Assembly (NCBI GenBank): GCA_004431415.1 | Contig: QPMI01000572.1 | Location: 248,001 to 312,000 of the forward strand | Origin: Cyanophora paradoxa CCMP329 | Taxonomy: Eukaryota; Plantae; Glaucophyta | Length of the DNA: 64,000 bases | Direction of reading: 5' to 3' | Part shown: positions 12,701 through 23,159 of the stretch, in pieces | Layout of the letters: the number at the start of each line of letters is the position of its first letter | Position numbering within the stretch: position 1 is the stretch's first letter | Translations under genes and position numbers: made by a program | Notes under the pieces: model-generated | The model's input: the letters and a program-made list of their open reading frames with translations, nothing else | Told to the model about the DNA's origin: nothing | Database searches by the model: none

Positions 12701-15700
12701 TCGATGCTGTCAGGGTCTTTTCCCCGGCCCGCTGAAAAGAATGAAAAATGCAGCTGCAATCTGATAAGGATGATGTTTCCGCAGGGAATCCATTGGAAGA
12801 AACGACGCTCATTCTGCGTTCAGGGCGTTACAACCGACATTGATGCATGAGAGCTCAATGCTTAAAGTTTTAGACATAATTGCAAGAATTTTGGGGGTGC
12901 AAAACTCCCTCTGAAATGCTTAATTTCATACCGATCCTGCCTCCGTGTCGCACAGATTAGCACCGCGTCGTCACCCACTATAATTATCAAATCAGCTGTG
13001 GAGCTGTGGTCGTCCCTTCAGAAAGCCCAACTCCTTCGGCCTGAAAGAGGTGTCGTTCGAGCTTTATGATTATCAAGCTCGAGGTTCAAGCTTACGAAAT
13101 AGCAGACTTCGCGGCTTCCGAGAGCCCAGCAGTTCGAGCATCTGTATGGGGTCTACGAGCGAAAATGAGGGCCGCAAGCGCAGCCATTCATTGTGAATCT
13201 AGCAGCTCTAATACTGATGTGCGCCAAGAGGTAAGTAGCAATTTGCAACGTCAAATGTTTCATGATTACGTACACATGTACATACTCACCTTAAGCTTGG
13301 CTTCGAATTCACGGTCGATTAATCACCTGTGACTCTTCTTCCAATTGCGTAGATCGTGGACGTCTCCGTGAAACTAAGGGGCTCACCTTCTCTCGTCGAC
13401 CCTTTCGGCGTTCTAGAAGTGATGTTAGGTTTGGCAACGGCATCTCTACTGGTCCGGCAGGCCCTGAGGCCTTTGACGCCACGTCCGCCAATTTAAGCTC
13501 ACAGAGGGAGCCCCAGGCGCAGCACCAGTCGACGCCTGGATCGATTTTGCTCCTGCAGCTGATTCAAAGCCTCACAATCTCCAGTTTATCCCGGGTACGT
13601 ATACTTTCTTGGGCGTCAAATTCAAGTTATTGAATACATGTTTGATTACAGACAATTCAACGAATCTCGTCGGGTTGCGTCGCCATCGATCTCAAAATCC
13701 CCTCCTGGGTCGTTGCGGGGCTCAGACTTCTAGATCTGGACGCCAAGGAAGCCCTCAAACAGTGCGGCGTTCAAACCCTGTCGACGGCGTCGGAGCCGAT
13801 CCTGGAGATTCAAGGATCTGCAGATGAATTCGAAGGTCTGATCATCATTTGAGGGCACCCTCACACATGTACACAATCTGCAGCTTACTTCGTCATCAGA
13901 GGCAGTTCCAGCTGCAGATCTCAAGAACGGGTTCTGTCCGATAACTTGGGGCTCAAATGCATTCGTCTTGAGCGGATTTCAAGACAAAGATGGTTTCCCG
14001 GAGCTGCAAATGTCTTCTGTGGTTGAGCCCGACAGCGATGCCATTGCTGATCATGAGGCGAGGGCAACTCCTATAGTGGAGCTCGAGTGCTGCATGAGCA
14101 TTAACGAATTGATTACAAGCCAGGGGTCGGCTGCAGCCATAGCTGCAGCCGAGGTCATATTTACGGCGCTAGCCGCGGAGGAGACATGTTTCGCTGGAGC
14201 ATCGAAACCAGATTCTAATTCGTTTATTCACGGCAGCTCGCTTGCATGCGCAATGGCCACGACCCTCGCCCCAGCGGCAGTCACGTCGTGGACTGAACCA
14301 GCGTCTGCACGTGTCCAGAAGCGACCACGCACACCAACCGCAGACTCGGCAAACTCTGGAAATGGAGAGCAGCCAAAGGCCAAGCAGCCGCGCCGCGAGC
14401 TGCGCATTTTTATCTCTTCTACATTTCGTGCGCCCTTTAACTATTACTGTTACTCAGTGACTCTTGTCCCTGATGTTCGGTCCTTTGTCCGGGTCATGTA
14501 TGCGCAGAGGACATGGCGGAAGAGCGCGACGAGATCCGCTCCGTGGTATATCCGAGGCTGCGCGCCCTATGCGCCGAGCGCGGCCTCTTCCTTCACATCA
14601 GCGACCTCCGGTGCGCTGGCCACGGCCATGCTAGCGCTACAGGTCGATATCCTGCTGTTTAGATCTTTCACCGTTTGAAGTTGCAGTCCTATATATGTCC
14701 AGTCCTGATTTATCTGGCTACTTCTGGCTCATTAAATCTGCTCATCGCTGCATGTCCACGCAGTTGGGGCATTCGCGACGAGGAGGTTGCGAACGGCGAG
14801 GTGCGGCTTGCAACCGGGCTTTTAGAAGAATCAAACGTTCCGGAATTTCTTTCGATTGCAACACTTTGATCGCGACAGGTCATACGTCTCTGCCTCCGGG
14901 AGGTGCAGCGGAGCTCATATTTCGTTGGATTGATCAAAGGTACGTTAACACCCTTTGACGTTAACACCCATCCCGACTCAAACGTTAACGGTTGCGCAGG
15001 GCGATACGGCTGGCACGTGAACCCAGCGGCCTCCATGGTAGACGACGCTGATGTACTCTACAAAAGGTGCATACACAAAATTTCCGCATTCGCAGTCATA
15101 ATATCTGAATAGGAAGGAATAGGAATTCTAGCCATAAGTACTAGTGTGAACAGGAAGGAAATTCGTGCAGGAATCTGCGGGTAGCCGCCAAGGAGTTTCC
15201 CTGGGTGGAGGCTTGGCACGACCGCTCAATTACCGAGCTCGGTGTGGTTTCTGTTATTGGTTTACTCTGATCATGATTCGCACTGGAGGATTGTGCTTCG
15301 TGCAGCTGCACGCCTCAATTATAATGACATTCATTTCCGCAGAGATCCGTGCAGGGGCCCTTCGCAATCTGCCGGTGCCATCGATTGCATTTAAATTTCT
15401 CTAGCTCTCAGCCTGATTCGAATTCTTTTCCAGGCTGCACGAGACAAGAGTTTGTTTTACCTCGCAGAGGAGGAGACGCGAGGCGCAGCCGAAGGATCTC
15501 ACGCAGCGATGCGTCTGGAAGAGCTGCAGAGTGAAATTCGAAGCTCCGGCCTTCCTGTAGCACGCTTCAAGGGTGCAGAGCAGCTCGCGTTGACCTTGCG
15601 CGATTCCCTTGCCGAGGTCCGCTTCTGCTTCTGCACACAACACAGCAGCTCAGCGCTATAGCTAGCTGACACAACAGCTACCATAATGTTTGTTTGGCTT

Positions 15701-18700
15701 AATTTGAATCTTTGGTGCGCAGATGATTGAACGCGACTACCCCCTTGGTCAGCAACAGACGTGGCTGGAGAAGGAGCGGGCTGCGCAGGCGGCGTTTGCA
15801 GCGGCGCGACAGAGGACATTCGTCGGCGACCCGCACGATGCAACTGCCCTCGATGCCTACGCTAAAGCGGACGGGCCGGAAATCTTCGTGCTGCACGGGG
15901 CTGGCGGGTGCGGGAAAAGCGGTGCGCATGCGCTATGCTATTGGGTTTAAATTATATTCTCCTCGAGCTCACGAGCGGCGATCAGCTGTGCTCGCGAACT
16001 GGTCGGCGCAGTGGAGTGGCAAGCATCCTGAAGATCTCACGATCGCCCACTTCATTGGAGGATCGCAGAGCAGCTCCTTCCTCTCTTCCGTCGCCCGGTG
16101 AGAACACGTGCCGGGCGGCAGCTAGCGCTGGAGATATATACATTGCTACTAATACGAATTCGAAGGCGCCTCAGCGAAGAGGTCAAGCAGAAATGGCCAC
16201 AAGAAGATGGCTTCAAATGGCACGGAAGCGATGCCGAAGTGGCGGATCAGCTCAAGGCTTGGCTTGTCAAGGGTGCACCATGGTTGCCAGGGCGACTGGT
16301 GCTGGTTATCGACGCGCTCGACCAGCTGCGGGGCGGCCCCGCCGCCCGTTCGCTCAGCTGGCTCCGGACCGCTGCGAGCCCCAGGCTTCGGATCATCGTT
16401 TCAAGTGCCCCTGGTGCGGTTCCTGCCGCGTCCTGCGAGCTATCTTTTAGTGACCTCTCCTAATTATGATCATGAGCAGGCTTTGCCCTTAGCAGAGCGC
16501 TCGCGTTGCCCCACACACAACAGCGAGAGCTAGGAGCTCTTACTGAAGACAGACGGCGTGAGATCTTGCGGCGCATTTTGCAGGAGCAGGGTCGAACGCT
16601 CAGTGAGAGGCATGTCAATCGCATTGTTGCTGCGCCCGCCTGTGCAAATGCGTAAGTTCTTCATTTCACGATTCAGCCGTAGCTCACTTCGTCTGAATTT
16701 CATTCTGATCATGATCAGACTGCACCTGCGAACGCTGCTGGAGGAGCTATCAGCAGTGGCTGTGCACTCGACATTAGACACTGTCCTTTCTTCTTGCCTC
16801 GCTTGCCAAGGGCCGCGGGACCTCTTTCGCCTTGTCCTCCGCCGCCTGGTGCAACAGCACAATTACAGCGCCAAGGAAGGAGGCGAGAGATCCGTGGCGC
16901 CGGCATTGTTCGCCGGCGCGGTCGTCTGCTCGCGCCATGGTATGGCGGAAAGCGAGCTGTCCGAGTTCCTCGAAGTTGGCGAACACGGGTCGCTGACGCA
17001 GGTGCGTGCAGTATGATCAGGATTTTTAAAAAGATCCAGATCTAGAGCTATCTATATGTGGTTTTCGAAATTATATGCTCGGATGGTCCAATGCTCGGAA
17101 ATTATATGTAATTATAATGACGGCTTCTTTTATAGGTCCAATGGAGCCTGTTGTGGTACGGCATGCTTCCTATGCTTGTTGACCGAGGTAATGCACTCTT
17201 CGCGCCCAATGCGTTCTAACTATATTTTGATCTGCACTGAGAGTAGCTAATTCGGTTCAGATGGTCTATTCGGGTTCTTTCACCGCTGTGCTGCTGAGGC
17301 GAGTCAACGTTCGCGGGCAGTTCCCTGCATTTGTAACCCTGACTCTCGACCAGGCAGCCGAACTTGAATTCGGATTGTCGAAAGAGGGGTCGGATCCGGA
17401 AGGTCTGCTGGAAGAGGCCGCGTGCATCGAGCGCCGACGGATGCTGCATGCTCGGCTTGGCGAGTTCTTCATCGCGAGAGAGCCGACACAGCGTCGCGCG
17501 GATGAGGCGCCGTGGGCGCTTGCGCAGGCGGGAGCCGAGCACGGAAACAGCCTCGCAAAACTTCTCTGCGACGCGGACCTAGTGCAACGGCTGGACGAGT
17601 ACGAGCTCGCGTCGCTCTGGCTCAAGAGCGGGAAATCGCAGGAGGCGGCTGCGCGTTATGCGGAGCGCCTGGGCCTCTACACCGCGAGCACCGTCCACCA
17701 CGCTGTCGGCCTCGAGCGCGCCGCTGAAGTGCTTCAAGCGATGGGTCGATCAAAAGAAGGGTTTAGATTTCTGAAGGTATGTGCGCATGTTAACGTTATA
17801 ATTAGTGAGCAGGCTTTTAATTTAGCTCTAGCACAAGTACGTCTAGATCTTAAATATTGAAATTAATCCGTCGCTTCTTCAAGTCCATCGCGATCGCCTT
17901 GCCTTATAAATCGTTTTACGTGTAAAGCGGTCCCTGGAGATCAAGGAGGAGGCCTGCGGTTCCGAGCATCCAGACACGGCAAAGACGCTCCGCAGTCTGG
18001 CAGATATACATCACGAGATGGGCGAGTATGCCAAAGCGCTGCCGCTGTACGAGGTGCGGTGTTATGTAATTAATTAATTGATTAATTATAATGCATACGC
18101 ATTCGTACTCTGGCCATTCAACAACGGCCAGCGTACTCTGGCCATTCAAGAAAATTCGAGTGCATGCGGTCCGGAACATCCTGAAACTGCGAAGACGGTC
18201 CATAATCTGGCGAATCTGTACGACAGTATGAGAAACGACTCAGAGGCTCAGAAGCTCTACCGAGTGCGTTCAGATCTCGTAATATAACGGTGCAACAACG
18301 ACGGCGTGATATATCGATGTCGCAGCGGGCCTTGGTGATTCAGGAGAAGGCATGCGGTCCCGAGCATCCAGACACGGCGAAGACACTGCAAGGCTTGGCA
18401 TTTCAGTACAGGGAAGCAGGCAAGTACGCAGAGGCACTGCCGTTGTTCGAGGTGCGTTGAATTTTGATTTGCAAGCTATCTTGGCCTTCTAATGCAAAAT
18501 CAGGATTCTTTGGCGATTGTGGAGAAATTATTTGGCCTCGAGCATCCCAAAACAGCGACTGCTCTGCAAGGTCTGGCAGGGCTATTCCGGGAGATGGGCG
18601 AGCACTCCAAGGCGCTGCCATTGTACGAGGTGCATAATGATTGGAATTACGGGCTGATTTTACAGGCGGGTCGGGGTGGCTGGCTAACATGCGGGCTGGT

Positions 18701-21700
18701 CATGGTTTTCTAGCGATCCCGTGCAATCTCGGAGAAAGCTTGTGGACTGGAGCACCCTGCCACAGCGGCGATTCTGCTGAGCCTGGCAAGACTCTACGAG
18801 GACATGCAAAACGACGAGATGGCTGTGCTGCTTTACACGGTGCATCCAATCGATGTTAATCATAAGCTCGAGGGCTCTTCGGAACGAAATCTGATTCTGA
18901 AACACGCATCCTGCATTAACATTGTGCAAAATGCGCAGCGCTCTCTTGAGATTTTTGAAAAAACGTACGGCCCCGAACATCCTGAAACCGAGGCGACTCT
19001 GCACGGCCTTGCAAGAACGTACGAAACGATGGGCGATTACTTGGAAGCGCTACCGCTTTTCAAGGTAGCTACAGCATTTATCATGCGGGTGGCCCATTGA
19101 GTATTGGGAGGCCATTGCGGGGCCGCCGCGAAGGCTGATTGCATATGCATGTACAGCGGAGCCTCGCGCTCAAGGAAAAGGCGTGCGGACCCGAGCACCC
19201 AAGCACGGCGAAAATGCTGCGCCGCCTCGCAGATCTGTACGCCGAATTGAGCGATCACGACAAAGCAATCTCTCTTTATCAAGTGCGGTGACGATTATAT
19301 AACAGATGATCATGAATAATCATTATTAGAAGGACCATCTGCGATGCGTATGCTGATATATATATATATCCACTGCAGCGGTCCGTCGAGATCACCAACA
19401 ATGCGTGCGGACCCGAGCACCCAGACACCGCAGAATCGCTGCACGGCCTAGCGGGGCTGTACCGAGACATGGGCGACTATGCTAAGGCACTTCCTCTGTA
19501 CGAGGTGTGCGGCTCCCGTGCACGCAGTTGCTGAGTTGTTGTTGACATTTTTACTTTGGTTGCCGGCCAGCTAATTCTAATCATTATCATACATTTAAAT
19601 TCCGGGTGTGCATGAAATTCCGGGCCGGGGCTGATAGGAAGCGGGACGGCGCCGCGCAGCAAGAGCTTGATATCCACAAGAAAGGACCCCTCTGCGAGGA
19701 TCAAGATTACAACATAGCTGGGACGCTACAAAGCCTGGCGAAGGTGCACCAGGGGATGTCAGAGTACGCCAAGGCGTTGCCATTGTTCCAGGTCCGCAAT
19801 TGCAATCGTGAAATCGAATTCGAACGCGATCTAAATATACATATGTCCCTATATCTACGATTTTATCATCAGATCTTGCCGATTTCAAACGCTAGCTGTG
19901 GGTAATATAAGTGTGTGTATATAGTATGATTTTAGACTTTTTATTTTCAGTCAGAGCAGCTGGTTTCTAAAACAATCTAGAGTTGACCAGATGATGGTGA
20001 TGGTGTTGACAACACGCAGCGGAGCCTCGCGCTCAAGAATCAGGCGTGTGGTCCCGAGGACCCAAGCACGGCGCGGACTATGCACGGCCTCGCCGATCTG
20101 TACGTCGATATGGGCGAGTACGCCGAGGCGCTTCCACTGTACGAGGTGCACGACCTCAAGATTCCTCGGGGGGGGGGGGGGGGGGGGGGGGGAAGGGGGA
20201 GGGGGGTACCGGTCCTTCTAAGAGTTCTGTACAGTGCGTGCACATCCACTGGTCCATCACCCGTCTAGATCTTGCGGCTGCAGCTGCGGGCTGCACCGAC
20301 GTCCTTTAAACTCTTGAGCTCTTAAGCTTAAGCTGTTTTAGTGATGCATAGGGCAGGCGGTATTTGTAAGCTGCTGCTTTTTCAAACCTCTATCGACGCA
20401 GCACTCTCTGAAGATCTGTGAGGAGGCTTGCGGCGCGGAAGACGATGACACGGCTGCGACACTGTACGGTCTGGCGGAGCTCTACCGGGAGACGGGCGAA
20501 TTCGCGAAGGCGCTGCCGCTGCACCAGGTGAGTCTTTTGTGCAGTACATGAAAAATCAATGGAGTACTATTTCTGACAGTGAAATGCATCGGGGCTTGCG
20601 TTGCAGCGGTCGCTCGCTATCTCGGAGAAGTCCAAGGCGTGCGGACCCGAACACCCTAACACGGCGGTAAGTTTGGAAGGGATGGCAAGGTTGTACCGCG
20701 AGACAGGTGATTTTGCAAAGGCGCTGCCACTACTGGAGGTGCGCGACTTAATATATGTACTAGTATTGCAGATTGAATGAACTGACCGGAGGCTGACCGC
20801 GATTCTGCACAGAGGTCCCTCGAGATCACGGAGAAGACGTATGGTCCCGAGAGCCCCGGCATGGCTTCGACGTTCCACGATATGGCCGTCTTGTACCACG
20901 TGATGGGTGAAGATACGAAGGCGTCGCCATTGTACGAGGTGCGCAGCGTGCGGGTCTCGCGGCGAAAGTTGCATGTAGCAGATAAGGACATGCAGCGCGA
21001 GCTATCGCTGATCATGATCATGACCGTCGGACGGGGGCATGCGTGCGGCGCATCTGACTAATTAATCTGACTACGTAGAATTGCTCTCGCGCAATCTAGA
21101 AGAGCAAAAGCGGTATACTGATTTAGAGCTGCTTTAATCTGATTATTTTAGCTCGACCAAATGTTATTGGACGTGCCAAAATCTGATCATAATCAGAGCT
21201 AAAATAATCAGATTAATTATATAAAGCAGCTCGCCCTGGCCATGGACGTGCTAGCGCTGATCATGATCATAACCGTCGACGGGGGCATGCGGCGCAGAGA
21301 TCTCTCGAGATCAGAGAGAAAGCGTGTGGCATCGATCACCCGGACACCGCGGAAACTCTCCTCTGGAAGGGGCGCCTGCTGTCGGATCGCGGGGACCTTG
21401 CTGGAGCACGCCCAATCCTGGAGGTGCGACGACCGCGATATCAGAGGATATTGCACACAGGATTCACCTAATTACAATATAACTGCAACGCAGCGGTCGC
21501 TGAGGATCCTGCGGGAGAAGCTCGGGGGCCGGCACCCGCGGGTCGCGCGGGGGGCGACGTCCCTCGCGGAGCTGCTGGCGCGGGCGGGCGAGCACGCCGA
21601 GGCCCAGCGGCTCCTCGAGGCGAGCGCCCGCCCCCGCTAAGCTTAGCTTCTAAGCTAAGGCGCCCTGCCTGCAGGAGGCGATGGGGATCTGGGAGGCCGC

Positions 21701-21985
21701 GCGGGCGGCGTTCGCGGTGGGCCGCGTGCACCCCGACGCGGCGGAGACGCTGCACGCGATGGGCACCCTTGCTGCCGCGCGGGGCCGCCCGCACGAGGCC
21801 CGCGCCCACTTCGAGGTGCGGCTTGCACTTGGCCCGGATTCGGGTATACGTATCGAAGGCAATTAATGTACATTGACGGGCCGTCGGCGCCGGGACCGCA
21901 GGGGGCGCTGGCGATGCTGCGGGAGCGGCTCGGGGAGGGGCACCCCAAGGCGCTCCGCACCGCCGCCGCCGTCGCCGCCCTCTGA
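9735..21985 (+). CDS. NLR-like STAND protein: TIR - unknown region - DUF4062 - NACHT (NPHP3/TEP1-like) - TPR array; may be one gene or two adjacent genes
   Basis: Same-strand exons from ATG 9735 to TGA 21985, with the domains listed separately below. Exon 13652-14427 links the upstream region to DUF4062 if a single extra T near 13850 is discounted. Exons between ~11.6 and 13.6 kb were not fully resolved. Confidence 0.6.
10742..11330 (+). other. TIR domain (TIR_2-like), 5 exons
   Basis: Spliced: IRVFVSYSRSNKSAVQSILNELKTLTRDRNIHFW|VDFEQLWA|GVRWVDE|IARGIEGSTHFLFFASQCSVESQFCR|EEIDYAYVQKKRILICYLEE. Matches F(I/V)SYS...W.D...G..W...I..GI..S...S.(W/F)C..E(L/I)..A. Confidence 0.88.
14395..15070 (+). 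other. DUF4062 domain
   Basis: Spliced: RELRIFISSTF|DMAEERDEIRSVVYPRLRALCAERGLFLHISDLR|WGIRDEEVANGE|VIRLCLREVQRSSYFVGLIK|GRYGW. This is the FISSTF.DM..ER...DLRWG...CL.EV...F.G..G.RYG signature seen N-terminal to NACHT in TEP1/NWD/NPHP3-like proteins. Confidence 0.88.
15723..17001 (+). other. NACHT/STAND P-loop NTPase domain
   Basis: RTFVG; Walker A VLHGAGGCGKS (~15888-15920); AVLANW; IAHFIG; Walker B LVLVIDALDQL (~16296-16328); RIIVS; CAN|LHLRTLLEEL; SRHGMAESEL. Confidence 0.88.
17928..21985 (+). repeat. Array of 16 complete TPR (42-aa, kinesin-light-chain/TPR_10-like) repeats plus a terminal partial repeat, one repeat per exon
   Basis: Exons: 17928-18053, 18132-18263, 18326-18451, 18504-18629, 18714-18839, 18939-19064, 19157-19282, 19379-19504, 19660-19791, 20020-20145, 20402-20527, 20607-20738, 20813-20938, 21298-21423, 21494-21619, 21675-21815, 21902-21985. 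Consensus RSL.I.EKACGPEHP.TA.TL..LA.LY..MG.Y.KALPLYE. Confidence 0.95.
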
Positions 21986-23159
21986 AACAAGTGCACGCGC
22001 GCCTCATCGAATATCGAAGAGAGCCCGCGGTCGAAGAAATGTTAACGTTGTTAGAAATCAGCGGGCATGTGTTGCAAGAATAATTCAGGGTTTATATATT
22101 TACATCCAGCAGACGCTGTCTCCTCTTGTGAGCTCCTGCAGCTGTCGTAGAGTGTTTTGTCTGCTGTGGAAATTCGTTCAAATTCCATTATCCTTTCACA
22201 TCGTCTCATGCAGTGTATACCGTTACACTTGAAACGTTCTGGGCTCAACTTTGAAACTGGCAAGATCTAGAGCGTCGTGTCACAACTTGAGTGCAGTACT
22301 AGTATACGTAAAGCTCGCGATTTGTATGTGTACATGTACATGTAATTATAAACGCATTTGCGCAATTTCCAATTGCGCCCCGTGGGCCCAGCGGCCGTGC
22401 CGGCGTGGCATGCGCACGTGCCACGCGGATATATCGGACGTCGGCGTATGCCGCGGTACGCGTCGGCGGATATATCAGCTGATTCGGATCTAGACTCTAG
22501 ATCTGCAGCTGAGAGTCCAGTAGATCTAGATCTAATCTAAAGTCGCCCGCGGCCGCCGGCTCGCCGCCGACTAGTACAGTGACTACTACATGTACAGTCA
22601 CTGAGCCTCGACTCTCTCGAGCTCGGATCCGGAGTAGTATACGTAGTACCGGACCGTCGGACCGGGAGTCACCGGACCGGCGCAGCACTGGTACCGGTAA
22701 TCGCCGCCGAGTCAGCGCCGACTAGTACTCCGACTCTAGTCTCCGAGGCGCCCTGCCGCCGGCTCGCCGGAGTCGCCGGCCGAGGCGACTCGCCGCCCGG
22801 CGGGCCGGCGGCGGCGCGGCCCTCCGCGGCCGGACGATTAACCGTGTGTTGAACGTTCAACGGCCGGTTGCCAAAGTTGGTGGTACCGTAGTACCGGTTG
22901 GCCCAGTGGGGTTCGGTCCGGCCGCCGGCCGCCCGGGCAGGCGGTGCCAGGCGCGCCCCGCGCGCGCGCCCGCGGCCGGCCGGCCGCGCGCGGGCCGCCC
23001 GGGCGCCGCCGGAGTGCACGTGGGCGGCCGGACCCGGCCGGCGGCCGCGGGAGCGCCGGGCCGGGGGATCCGGCCGGGACCGGCCCATCATCCGGGCCCG
23101 GGGAGCTTCCCGAAGCTAAGCCAATTAATATTGCAAGGCCCAATTTTGGCCAAGGCAGC

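Noticed and set aside
10742-16330. Bacterial anti-phage (TIR/Avs-like) operon or contaminant
   Set aside because: The domains are split by spliceosomal introns and embedded among eukaryotic genes. Ancient horizontal transfer cannot be judged without phylogeny.
20168-20206. Long poly-G/poly-C tracts (also ~2297, 6507, 39649, 42813, 47867) as functional G-quadruplexes
   Set aside because: Mostly intronic homopolymers whose lengths are unreliable in this assembly; no evidence of function.
23135-23159. Exact LINE target-site duplication
   Set aside because: The match to 29972-29998 has several mismatches and a gap, so it is kept only as tentative and the 5' boundary is approximate.
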